The position numbers and the translations under genes were made by a program. The notes under the pieces were generated by a model, which had not been told where the DNA came from, did not search any database, and saw only the letters and a list, made by a program, of their open reading frames with translations. A stretch of DNA of 64,000 nucleotides from Ginglymostoma cirratum. Taxonomy: Eukaryota. How positions within the stretch are numbered: position 1 is the first letter of the stretch; every line of letters starts with the position of its first letter. Of this stretch, positions 51,844 to 64,000 are shown piece by piece. The DNA lies in assembly GCA_024137785.1 (NCBI GenBank), contig JAHRHZ010000019.1, positions 44,631,434-44,695,433 of the forward strand, given 5' to 3'.

Positions 51844-52839
51844 TTAGTGTAGTTTGGTGTATGTTGGTCAGCATAGACATGGCGGTGGGGCAAAGTCCAT
51901 GATTCTATGAATGGACTATGGATAATTTACCTTGACAAAATTGACTACAGAAGGTCAGATAACTTTTGTATGGGTCCTGTTCAGACAGGGATGAACTCAT
52001 GTCTAAACATGCCTCTGGAAAGTAATTAAAATGTAAGCGGCTTTTGGGGCTTTCTATTGAAAGGACATCAGGATACATCAGATCAGTTATGGAATTAGCA
52101 GTTACTATTTTCTGCTTATTTGTAGAAACTCAAATACTACGGTCATCCCAGACTTGGCATCTGTAAATTTGCGATCTAATAAAGAGGGATGTGAAGCAAT
52201 TATTTTTTACAGCAAGAACGTGCAAATACCTGCCTTACATTCACCAATTTTGTGACAATTACTTTCGTCATTAACTAATATGTGTAAAGTTGTCACGTGA
52301 CAAAAATGGGACTGTGATACAAAATACCCTTTATCCACAAGGGTCTAGGACCTGTCAGACTGTGCTAAGTACCTCGAAGATGTGACACTTTGCTCAGCAA
52401 AGCCCTGTACTGACTTCCTGCAATATGATACTTCTCCCTGCTGAAGTTCTACCACAGTTTTGACTGAAAAGGTTTGTGCCAGAAACCCGCCATTATTGAA
52501 GTATCTTTATGAAATCTACTTGAGGCTTGTAACCTCCATTGTTCCTTCAGAGAACTGAAAAGAGAATCTTCAGGCTTGGCATATTCAGACCACCTTTTTG
52601 GAGAAACAGTGTAATTCTGACTTCCACCAGTTTAAACAATCTAAGTGTTACATCTCTATGAACCATTCTTTTCTTATATATCTGTATACCTTGGATGATG
52701 AGAGAGAGACTGTTGTGATTATATTTTGGGTGCTATGCAAATAATCACTGAACATTTCTTTTGAATGTCCTTAGCTTGGGGTACTTCAACATCCATTGTA
52801 AACAGTGTCTTGGTTGTATTACTACTCATAATGGTAGTG

Positions 52840-53020
52840 AATGCAGACTCTAAGTATTTTTGAGTAGATAGGTTCTTGAATTTAAGAGGATAAAAGATTA
52901 TTGGGGATACACAAGAATGTAGAGTTGAGGTTAAAATCAGATCAGCTATGAGCTTATTAAATAGTGGGAAAGGCTTGAAGGGCTGAGTGGCTTACTTTTG
53001 CTCCTTGCTCGTATGTTGAT
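52840..53020 (+). mobile_element. CR1 3' UTR fragment
   Basis: agttgaggttaaaatcagatcagctatgagcttattaaa...gggctgagtggcttact, as in 787-1160 and 3995-4330. Confidence 0.7.
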
Positions 53021-53069
53021 ATGTTCACAAAACTCTACTCTACAGTGGACACCGTCTCACCACTGCTCT

Positions 53070-54790
53070 GTTTGGTGGAGCAAAACTTCAGTAATTTCAT
53101 ACTTCTTGCAATAAAGGTCAACTTTCCATTTTCCTTCCTAATTATATACTGTACCTACTTATTAACTTTTTGCGATTCACATACAGGGACACAGATCTCT
53201 TTGTACTGTGGCATTCTGCCATGTATCCCCATTTAACTAATATTCTGCTTTTCTATTATTCCTGGCAAAGTGAAGAACACCATATTTTCCAATATTATTC
53301 TCCATTTGCCAAAGTTTTGTTGATGCACTTAAACTATATCTAATTGTGGACACTTTGCAGCATCCTCACAACTCCCTTTCCTACCTTTGTCCTGTCTTCA
53401 CATGTGGCTACAATATAATCAGCACCTTCATACAAATGACTAGTATAGATTGTAAATACTGATCTTTTAGCACTCCAATGGTTACAGTTTGAATATCATT
53501 CATTTTTTCTGACCCTCTGTTCCCTTTTTGATACCCAACCGTCTGTTCATACTGATAATTCACCCCCATACCATAAATGTTCATAAATATTGCGCAGTAT
53601 TCTATGTGCTACCTTACTGCATGACTTCTGAAAATACAAATGTATTAAATCTACAAGTTCTTCTTAATTCACCTTGCCTGTTACCTTTTTTTAAAAAAAG
53701 ACTAATAAGCATTAAACACGATTTCTCTTGCACAAAACTATGCCACCCCAACTTAACTGTACTATGATTTTCTGCGTGTCCTGCTCAAAGTTTCTTAATA
53801 ATGGATTCTAAAAGGTTTCCAATGACACATTAAAGCTAAATTATTTACAGTTTTCAGCTTTCTAACTCCATCCTTTTTCGAGTAAAGCAATTACATTTAC
53901 ATTTTTCAGAAGTTGAGATTTTTCCAGAAACTAAGGAATTTTGGAAGATTACCACCCATGTGTCTATTACCTCTACTGTGAGCTGTGTTAAGACCTTAAG
54001 ACACAGGTCATTTTAGATTCAGGAGAATGATCAACCTTCAACCTCTTTTTCTAGTTATTCTCATTGTTTTAAGATCCTCCCCTCCCTTTACTTGATTTTT
54101 AATTACTAGGTGGATTTTTCTTTGTGTTTTCCACTGTGAAGACAGATAGAAAATGCTTATTCAAAGTTTCTGCCATTTTCTTCTTCCTTATTACTATTTC
54201 TCATCCTCTAATTGGTCAATGCTCGCTTTAGCTCCCTTTTACTTTTAGTATCTTTATTGACGCTGTTACTTCTATATTTCTTGTGATTTTTCTCTCATTT
54301 TTCTCCATTTTATCATCATCCTTCCTTGCTTTTGAAAATTTTGCCAAGCATTTGGACTTCATCTAATTTTGATATCATATCTGACACTTCCAGCATTAGC
54401 CATGAATGGTGAACCCTTCATGTGGAATATTTCTTTTCATCAATGGAATAGATCTTTGTTGAGTTATAAAATATTTCCTTAAATATCTTCTGCTGCTTAT
54501 CCACCATCTTACTTCTTAATCCATTTGTCCATTTGACTGCTAATCCCCATCTTACTTTTTAATCTCTTTTTCCATTTCACTGTAGCTGACTCTGTCATCA
54601 TGATCCTGTAATTGCAGTTATTTAATTAAATATTTTAAATTTCAGAAGCTCTTTTCTCACCATAAAAATGAATGTGAAATCCTATCATGTTATAATCACT
54701 CTTACCTAGAAGATCCTTCATTATGAAGTAATTAATTAATGATGTCTCACTATACATTACCACACCTAAAACAGCCTGTTCCCTAAGCAA
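53070..54790 (-). mobile_element. Old CR1 internal fragment (APE end to RT), degraded
   Basis: Minus strand REQAVLGVV...KDLLGKSDYNMIGF (cf. LDLVL...PLG.SDHNMIEF endonuclease end) at ~54680-54785; RT remnants downstream. Confidence 0.7.
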
Positions 54791-54799
54791 TAGTCACAA

Positions 54800-55020
54800 A
54801 ATCCGTAGAGCTAGTATAGCACAAGAAAGAGGCCCTTCTACCCATTGTGTCCATGCCAGTCATTAAGCATCTGTTTATTCCAATCCCATTTTCCAGCAAT
54901 TGGTCTGTAGCCTCGTACTCATTTGCACTTCAAGTGTTTGTCTAAATATTTCTTAAATGTTGCGATAGTTCCTGCCCTTACCACCTTTCAAACAGTCAGT
55001 TCCAGATATCCACAGCCCTC
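54800..55020 (-). mobile_element. CR1 3' tail fragment
   Basis: Reverse tail acaagaaagaggcccttctacccatt...tctaaatatttcttaaatgt. Confidence 0.7.
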
Positions 55021-57769
55021 AAGTTATAAATTTACACATGATTCCATATAAATATTATAAGTATAAAACATAATTTGAGAGCCCCCTCTGGTCATTCCAT
55101 GGGAAATCACATTGAGTGACCATTTTCCACATGGTGCCTTGGTCTGACCCACAATTCAGCCTCACAGTGAGATTCTTAAACCTAGCAGGATTATTCTAGC
55201 CCAGGGATAAGCAAGGAAAGAAACATTGGAATGTATACTCTGAATGGCGTTGTGAACATAGATCATGTGTATTAAAATACAACTTTTAGTTTGAAGAGTT
55301 AAGCAGAAAATGGGCTAAGTGCAATGAAAACAGGTTTGGTGTCAATTATACTTAAAACACTGGGGCCATGTTGATTTAAGAGATTAAGAGCTAGAATGGT
55401 AAGATTACAAAACAGCAGGCAGGAAAACCTGGACAATGTTTTGACATATGCCCGGGTCTTGTGGTGGAAATATGGTCTTTGTTGCATTATGGCATAGGTT
55501 CCAGTGCAGTTAAGACAGTCATATGACACTGACCGGATACATACCTGTCTCACCTTTCATCATTCTCTGTGTGTCATGGTGTTAGTGTGGTGTCTTAAGT
55601 CAGTCATCTGTGTTGTAATATAGAGTAACATCAGTCAACACAGAACCCAGACTGTTTGTACGAGTCTCTTTTTTTTAAAACTGTGCAAACAGTATTAAAT
55701 AAACTTCAAAAGATCAATCTCACTAAGAACCTGGCTCTGTGATATATGTATGGACAAACAAATAAAAATGTCAAAAAACATGAACAGTTGCAATCCTTGC
55801 AGTTAAGGATAATCAGGAAGATTGGCAGAATATTTCCAGCCTCTAAAGATGTGGGCATCGGTAGGTCAGTTGGTAACATAAGGTGTGATTGGAAAAGTGA
55901 CGTTGAGAAATAAAAGGCTGATTCTGCAACCGGGTTTGAATGGTGAGACAGGAATTTCCCAAGTGAATGATGAGAGATCAATTTGCGTCTATTTGCATGT
56001 ATTAGCATGTCATTATAAACTCTCTCACCTCACTGTCATATACTTCACTATTCTCCTACATGCCGGCTGGTGACAAAAATGGTCATGAAATTCAGAGTGA
56101 GTACTTGTATCTTCAGCTCACCACTGGCTCCCCGGGCTTTCATCTTGCACCTCAGTCAATAACCTCTGTGGCCACACTTGATGGGTGTGATCATCCTGTT
56201 CACGGAGATTGGTATGGATGTGCACCAACCTCATTGCAATCTCAAGGGACATTTCTGACCTATTTATAATGCAGTTTCCCACTTCAATGATGCACTTTGG
56301 AGTGCACTAACCCCTTTGAGTATAATGCTGCTGACAAGACATTTTCCACACAGGGCCAGGCACTTAATCCATGGATCTAACCAAGGTACGTATCAGGGCT
56401 GCTCATTTGCTCTTTTCGCAGTCAATCATTATGCACTGACTTGAGTGCTCGTAGCATCTCTGCCTTGTCTTGCATTGCCATGTTGTGTTTGGTCCCCTCA
56501 GCCAGGAATGAGAAGGTGCTTTGACTTGCATTTCAGCACTTGTCATGGTTATCAGCAGCGTGTAGTCAAGGACATACTGCTGTATATAACCATGCTATGT
56601 CAATTTCATGCCAGCACCATGTGTAAGCAGAATATGTGGCATGGTGTGGCCATGTCTCAAAGTCTAAGAGATGTAGACCTCAGTCAGGACAAGTAAGACA
56701 TCCTTCACTCAGAGGTCCAGGCACAATAAGTCAAGAGAATCATCCAATATCAGCCCGGGAGTTTGGACACGGTCAGTTGCTTCAGGTCTCTAGGTCAGGG
56801 ATTCTTATCATGACAATCTGGGGAGTCAGCCACAGTTAGTCCCATGAGTTCAGTGCAACCAACCTGGGACATCACAGTAATTTAATTTGGGAGTTGCACA
56901 GAAATCAGGCAGGAATCCACTTACTCATCATTTAGGACAGGACTTGGGCCACAGTCAGTCCTGAGGGTCAGCTCATTGAAAGTGAAGTGGGTTTATCAGG
57001 AGCCACTGCTGTGATACAAAATTTGTGGCAGTTAATTGCGGGGTCTGGAAGTAGCACAATGGGATATGGACAATAATTGTGAAGGGGGGAATGTCAGTAT
57101 GCAAGGGGCAGGGTGGAGATGATAGTGCAGTAGAGGTCATGGGGGGTTGGTCATTAGTGGTCACAACCACAGGTTGAAGTCACCTGTAAACATAGTACAC
57201 TGCATGTGAAGTGCATGCAGTGTCCACCAATGTGGGATGTAAATGCTGGTCACAAGCATACCCGACCACGTCACTAGTCATTGCAGATTGAGCATAGTCA
57301 TCTGACAGCTCATGGAGTAAGAAGTAAGAAATTATTCTGAAACTACGCAGGTGACATGGCTGATACTTCACTGCAGATACAAATGCATATTTGTTTATTC
57401 GTTGCTACTTAACAGCCAAGCAACACAGGTTACGCCTTAGATTATCCAATCTTAGAACCCTGTGTAAGGGAGTGCTGCTTTTCCCCCAATGCCCACTGTA
57501 GCCTAACATCTTCGCATAGTTTAATGCAGGATCACCACATACTGGAAAACATTCAAATGGTTGAAAATGTTCGCTTTTATTCACCAACAAATGAACTTCA
57601 CCAAAAAGTGAAGAAAACACAAACAGAACAAAAGCTGTGTCTGCTTCTGTGAACAAAGACTGCTTGCCTTTTGAGCAGCAGCAATAATTTTACAGTCAGT
57701 AAATGATCACTGAAGCCAGCCCATATATTGGAACACAGTTTCAATTATGCCCTGTCTAGTTATGGACAT

Positions 57770-58315
57770 CTCTACAAAGGGGAAACATCTCTCTATATCG
57801 ACCCTGTCTATGCCCCTCAGAACTTTGTAAACCTTAGACAAATGCAACTTCAGCCTTCTCTGGTCTAAGGAAAACAATTCCACTCTAACTTGTGTCTCTT
57901 CATGGATGAATCACTCTAACTCTGGTAGCATCCTGATGACACTCTTGTGCGGCCTCTCATGTGCAATCACATCCTTCCTATGATGTGTCAACTAGAGCTG
58001 TACACAGTACTGCAGTTGTGGCCTAACTAATGTGATACACAGCTCATTCATAACCCCCAAGCTCCTGAATTCAATGCCTTGACTAATAAAGCCAAGTATC
58101 CTTAATACATTCTTACTCACCATATCTACCTGTTCTACCACCTTCAAGGATCAATCAACATGCACACTGACATCCCTCTGATCCTAGGGTACTTTGTAAG
58201 ATCATACCATTAAATGTGTGCTACCTTGCCTTGTTAGTCCTTCAAAAATGCATCACCTCTTAATTTTCAAGATTAAATTCCATTTGTCACTGTTCACCTA
58301 TTCTGACCAGCACAT
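57770..58315 (-). mobile_element. CR1 LINE fragment
   Basis: Reverse of LVRPQLQYCVQL*LTHHRKDVIAHERPHKSVIRMLP. Confidence 0.8.
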
Positions 58316-58954
58316 CTATTTTTAAATGGTGTATGTTTCATTTTAGTTTCATTAATGTAACGTCTCAAAAACAGTTTTTATGAATGATTTGTGAAAACAA
58401 TGAATTGCTGAGTTTGGAGAGTGAAGACATCTCTACACAGTTAATTAAAAATGAACTTCAGGTTAGATTTTCATGAAGTTGGCAAGACAACATAGATATT
58501 TTAAAATGGCAAACTTGGTTCAGATGTGGAAATCTCACCCTTACTTCTGGCAGATCCAATTGGTTCTGTCGGGATAATGATCCTCGCAGGTGGAAAACCC
58601 AAACTTGTTTGGATTCAGTGCTGAATTCAAAAATTCATCAAGTAGACATACAGTCTCAAGAGAAGTACAAGAGCTGAAGACTTTCAAATGCCCTATTCAT
58701 GAATTAGTTAAAACAGAAACAGGCTGCAGCTGACAGTGAGAGTAAAAAAACTACTGGACTACTTTGATTGTCAGGAGGCAACAGAGGTGACAGAGAGGGC
58801 ATGAGGAACCAATGTGAGTTGGTGGTGAGTGAATTGACAATGAGTTAGCACAAAAGGGGTAAGGGGCAAAGGGTGTGGGTGGGGAGAACGTGTTAGCATT
58901 GAGTTGATATCTGGAGCGGCACCAGAGTGGGACTTTGGCAGTCTATGGTGAGGC

Positions 58955-59315
58955 AGCTAATGAACGCGGAAGGCGGTCGACGGCGAGACGGCAGTGAAGA
59001 AGCAGAGGGATCGAGCGATCAAGCCCAGCATGGGAGAGAGAGAATGGCGGTCAGCGGCAAGATGGCAGTGCAGAGGCAGAGAGATCAAGAGATCGAGCCC
59101 CAATGAGGACAGCCCAGCATGGAGCGACTGCAGGCCCATGGCTAAAGAGGACGTAATTTGAAATTTTTAGCTTTATTTCTTATTTACTTCTTCATACTGA
59201 CAAGAACTATAATGTTGAACTTTTAACTTAATTCTTTATTTTTCTACACTTTGCCTAGAATTTTGTACCTAGGTACCTTATATGGTGCCGTGAATGGCAA
59301 TGTTGTAAACTTTTC
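58955..59315 (+). repeat. Unclassified interspersed element with CpG-rich internally duplicated 5' part and AT-rich 3' part
   Basis: ggcggtcgacggcgagacggcagtg / ggcggtcagcggcaagatggcagtg and agcccagcatgg x2; ends gtacctaggtacc...atggtgccgtgaatggcaatgttgtaaac. Confidence 0.5.
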
Positions 59316-62300
59316 TAAACCAATTCTAATTCTGACATGAAGGGGAGGGTCTAGGAGAGATTGACCCGGGGAGGGAGGGGGTGAGTTGTAAGGTGTGTAA
59401 AGGACAGATGTCCTAATAGCTTCTAAAACAACTAGGGCAAAGACCTGGGGACTGCTTGCGAGGCTTCTAAACAGCCCTAATGGGCACCCACGCTCTGCAG
59501 GGTTGGCTGTCAAGACTTTATCCTGCACTCACTCCAACAATGTCCACACGTCACAAGCAGCAGCGTGGAAACCAAATGTTTCAGTGTATTTTGATCCAAG
59601 GCAAATCTGCCAAATCCAAACATTTCCTGACCAGAGCTATTTGTCCCAGTAACCAAAATCAGAACATCAGTCTCCAAGTATTTCGGCATTCTCCTGTTCA
59701 CCATTTTTTCTATTTCAGACATTTCACGCTGTGCCTTGACAATGAGGACCATGTTCAAACTTTCAAATAAGCAAGAGGTTGACAGGGCCAGCACTAATCA
59801 CAGTCAACGTTTGAAGCCATGGACTGTGACTGAATGTAGACATCCTTGTACACACTCACCAGTGAGCTGCAATCACCAAAAGGCTTCCCCACTGCTGTTC
59901 ACTTGGAAGATGGGGAATCAATGTTTTTTGTTGATCAAAGGAGAACCTTGATTCTCCCCCTGACCAAATAGAGTTTCCTTTAGAAGCTGTGGGTCAAACA
60001 GCTCAATAGCTGGTACAAATAGACAGGGCGTACAAAGCTCAAACTCCAGTCTTTCTATTAGAAATTGTAACTGGAGCCCTGCGCATGGCAACACGATTTT
60101 CCTGCCTATTTGCAGGCCTGAATAAAAACCACACCAGGTTTTAGTCATAGTTGAGATATACTTAAGAGACTAACATAATGTTTTTTCCATATTGAAATGT
60201 GCACCCACTGTCTCCAAGGAATTTGTCTAGCTATTCATGTCACATAACCTTGCTAAACATACCAAGGAGTAGGACCACCTAACTGTGTTAAAGTCAGATA
60301 TGTATGTGAGAAATTTGGACAGCAAGCATCATAATTAGTTTATTTCTTGGGTTGTAACACTTGCAATGTGTATGAGGTAGCCATGGCAATTGATGCTTGT
60401 TGTGAATTTCTGCGTAAGCTCTAAAAATATTTTGAAATAAGACAAGACAGTGAATAAATGATATTTTGAGGCAAACTGCTATTATTTAATTCCACTTTCT
60501 TTAGAACATGCAAAATGGACTCACACTTGTTTATCCAAAGGAAATCTTTCCATAAAAAGGTTTTTTTTTTATGTGATTTACCTTTATTTGGCGAGCTGTT
60601 AAAAATTGGTGAGTTGTATCGACCTGATTTTTGCCTCTCTCATAGTGGACAAAAAGTGTCCTTCAACAAATAGCAAGACCCCGGATTAACAGATTTAATG
60701 AATTGCCTAAATCATTAGATTGTATGATTTTGGCAGTGGGACCCGCAATTATGCAGATTGGTGACAAGCTACTCCAGTTCTGAACTAGTGTGTTTTGTTG
60801 TATCTTGCATCAAGATCAGAAAAAGCATTTCCGAATTTTAACCTTCTCGATTTTCCATATACCTATGCATGAAGTAAGTTAGCCAGCATTTCTGCTTTTC
60901 TTTTTTCAATGTAATTCAGGCTGGAATACTTTAAAGGCTCAGACATGTATTTATATTATTTGCATGTTTGCATTATAACTAATGAAAAAAAAAGCATTTC
61001 TGAACTGACAGTAGTTGTATCCAAATCCAGTGTTTGGTTTAGAATCACTCCTTTTGAGAGGGCATATGTAATAAATATACCTGGTGGTCCAATATCTCTT
61101 TTATATCTTCACAGTTAGGATGTCTATGCTTCATGGAGAAATCAAATCCAATGATACTATGTTAATATTAAATTTTCTTGCAACACACTAATGAGTGCCA
61201 TTATTCACAATACAAAATTCAAATTTTAACAAAATTTACTGTCATGTCTCTCCATCTGCGTCTTTTGCTGCATTCCAGCAACCTAACTGATGGTTTTAGA
61301 ATGACTGGCAATTCTCTAGGCACCCAGAATATGGCACTGACAGAGCATCTTCCTCATCAGTTGCAATAAGGTTTTTGTCTTTTTGTGACTGTCTCATGAG
61401 TTGGTTCAATCTGATTCAAGCTATGTTTCAGTGTCCATCTTGCTTCACTAACGCCAGTGTTCCTCAGAAGATAGATGAGTACAATATGTATTTGAGGTCC
61501 CGTCAAACAATTTTGTATATTTCAGTGGAAATTATTCACTTCATTGTCTGGTTGTCGAGCACTAACTCAGTAACAGTGCTTGTAGGAAAGTTTGGTGAAA
61601 GTTTAAGGATTTGTGGTTTTGGGGAAGGCAGGAAAATTCATACATCAATACAGAACATTATTTCTGTTAAACATTACAGTTGACCTTAGTACGTATATAG
61701 TGAAGAAGAAAATCAAGGCCATGCACAGAGCATGAGTTTAGGAATTAATTAACCATGAAAACTAACAGAAAGAGTGCAACTGAATTACGGTGAACATGAA
61801 ACAAAGAAGAAAAAAGAACAGAATATACAAAGGAAAGTCAGTGTAGGAATTGGACCATTAAGAGGTGATTATAAAGCAAAATCACAGACAGTGTTAGCAA
61901 CTTGGCAGGAACAGTAACTCATTTCAGTTTCAGTGAAATTGCTGTGTGCTCCAGGTGCAAATGCAGTAGAAGGAGGCACCACCTGGAGGAGAAACCACAC
62001 ACAGGCACCTCAGAAGTTTCCATATGTAGTCGGGTGCTCCCTCTCCACCCTGCCTGCCTTCCCCAACCTTTAGGTGGTGAAGCTGAGGAAGGTCCACTTG
62101 CCGTCAGCATGTCAGAGGTATCGAGAAACAACTGCCCCCACTGTTACACAAACCAAACCACCAGCACTATCAGGCCCCCCTGCCGAATAATCTCCCTTCA
62201 CCCTTGTCATGGAACTTTGGACAACATTAAGACATAGTGAGAGGGAAATAAAGAGAGAAAAAAGTATTGCGTGCACTTTGGTGGCAAGAGTGACAGTGCA

Positions 62301-62721
62301 TTGTATATAAAATATCACTTCTGAATAAATTTGATTGGTTTTGCACTAAATCATCTGCATCTGTGTAAACCTAAATGTAACTGTGACAGATTGATGCTTA
62401 ACTTCATGTCCTTATAGGGTGTGCCATATATTGATGTCTATGCTGAGAGTGTGCTGCAGCATGTGGAATCAAGGTTTGTACAGAGCAATGGTTCGGCTAG
62501 CACCATTGCACCACCCCCCATCCCCACCCATGGTCAAACATCTCTATACTTTCCCTGGCCTCTGTGTCCAAAGGTAATGGTGTGAATGGAGTAATTAGCA
62601 ATGTCTTCAGCAGGGAAGTTTACAGCACACGGAGAGAAGGAGCTTTAGGATAATTGTGGACTAGGGACCCACAGACATGTGTCCATACAATGTGTGGTAT
62701 ACAATACAATGCGTGCGTGCC

Positions 62722-62838
62722 TTTTTGTTAATTCATTCACAGGATGTAGGAATCTCTGACTAGGCTGACATGTATTGCCCATCCATCATTGTCCAGATGG
62801 CAGTTGAGTCAACCACATTGCTGTGGGTCTGGACTCTC
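62722..62838 (-). mobile_element. SINE family 2 3' fragment
   Basis: ttcattcacaggatgt...tattgcccatcc...gagtcaaccacattgctgtgggtctgga, collinear with 44620-44730. Confidence 0.72.
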
Positions 62839-64000
62839 ATTGGTTAATATCGTCAAAATTTGTCTGTAAATCTGGCAGAAACAGCAGTGAGTGATTTATT
62901 AACTGTGTCCGCCTAACTTAAAGTTGTAATTGGGTGTCCCAATTTCTAGGTTGTGGTCCACAGTTTTGCAGATTAAACTCCCTATTAGAGCACAGAAACA
63001 ATATTGTAACCACTGGAATTTTGGTGCTGAAACAAGCAGAGAATGTGATGCATTGAAGCAGCCAACGTGATAACGTGAGTCTGAAATTAGTTGGTTAAAA
63101 AAAAATTAATGAAACAAACCAGTCAATAAAATCTCATTGCAAATTTCAAAAAATAATTGCAGAAGAAACTCCTCAAAAACAAAAAATAACGTTTTACATA
63201 TTGTGTATGTACAAGCCTACAGGTCCCATTTTATTCATGTACCACACCAAGACAACATGAGCTGCTCCAGTTTAATTCCTTTTGGAACTGATATATGTTT
63301 CAAAGGATAGCCTATGAGAAAACAGTGATTGATTGGATCAACAATTTTCAAAATATGTGGTCAGAAAGGAATGTTGAAGCAGATTGGAACCATTTGAGTT
63401 TGGATGGTTAAGACTGTTGCAGTGAAATACATTTGGTTAGAAACATCATCAGTCTTGTTTAAAAGCCCCATAATGTAAATTATTTTATTTTTTGGAAAAA
63501 AAGTCTTTTTTTTAAATTGGCCTGGCCTAATGGAAGACAAGATATGCTTTGTGCTGCATCATCAACAAAGCTGGATATTCCTTAAGCTACTTTAGTAGAG
63601 TTAGAGTTAGATTTCTGTCCACAGTCGTGTCCTGGGCATGGCCTGGTTGGGGCTCATCATTAATGGAGGACATCACAGCTATTGCAGCAACACTCAAAGA
63701 GGAAGGGTCTTGTGGAATCAGGCTTAGGATAGCTCTCCTTCAAGGTGTGTGCCTCTTCACTGATGTTCAATGCTTAATTAAAGTTCCAAACACTGAAGGA
63801 TTCATGAACTGCCCACTTATCATCCTTCGTGATGGAGACCTACTTTCTATTCTGAATTTTTTATCCATGGGGTAACCATCACATCGAACCTGGGACGCAG
63901 GAAACATTCAGCCAACTGTGTACCCTGCAGTGAATCCATTTGCCTTGAGCTCAGAAATCCACAGCACAGCCTCCCAAGATGTTTCACAGTGTGCAGGAAG

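Larger units (their letters stand above)
51180..51910 (+). mobile_element. CR1 LINE 3' fragment with a nested 107-bp insertion
   Basis: LELYTALVGPQMENCVQF...RKFTRM; 3' UTR split at a duplicated ttagtgtagtttgg. Confidence 0.88.

Noticed and set aside
54504-54582. 43-bp period imperfect tandem duplication
   Set aside because: Local slippage inside a dead CR1; no sign of function.
39296-64000. Search for the upstream LNS3 neurexin exon
   Set aside because: No ORF with FDFRTTEPNG or FFAIEMLDG motifs; the exon must lie beyond the window.
63550-64000. Possible Harbinger DDE transposase remnant on the minus strand (PLMMSPTRPCPG)
   Set aside because: Similarity too weak to call by eye.
1-64000. 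Prokaryotic-type systems (CRISPR arrays, operons) or horizontally transferred genes
   Set aside because: No regularly spaced repeats and no long intact non-TE ORFs; the sequence is vertebrate intron throughout.

Overview
Vertebrate genomic DNA, almost certainly an elasmobranch (shark/ray), judging by HE1-type V-SINEs, abundant CR1 LINE fragments and Penelope tails. The whole window lies inside an alpha-neurexin gene on the minus strand (most like NRXN1). It holds three phase-1 coding exons with canonical AG/GT boundaries: 39295-38912 (384 nt, end of LNS3 + EGF2), 19216-19013 (204 nt, start of LNS4) and a 27-nt splice-site-3 (SS3) microexon at 14817-14791 that the ORF track misses. The rest is intron filled with decayed mobile elements: CR1, L2, Penelope-like elements, three tRNA-derived SINE families, a Gypsy pol relic, a solo LTR, PIF/Harbinger Myb/SANT relics and a Tigger-like MITE. 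Highlights: (1) minimal hammerhead ribozyme motifs in Penelope-derived mini-insertions, one a 107-bp unit with a perfect 14-bp target-site duplication, in pre-mRNA sense; (2) three UGCAUG (RBFOX) motifs within 61 nt downstream of the SS3 microexon, inside a ~7.5-kb block with no recognisable TEs; (3) a composite templated insertion (inverted + direct local copies joined by microhomology) near the 384-nt exon donor. Repeat boundaries are approximate and family names come from recalled motifs, not database searches.
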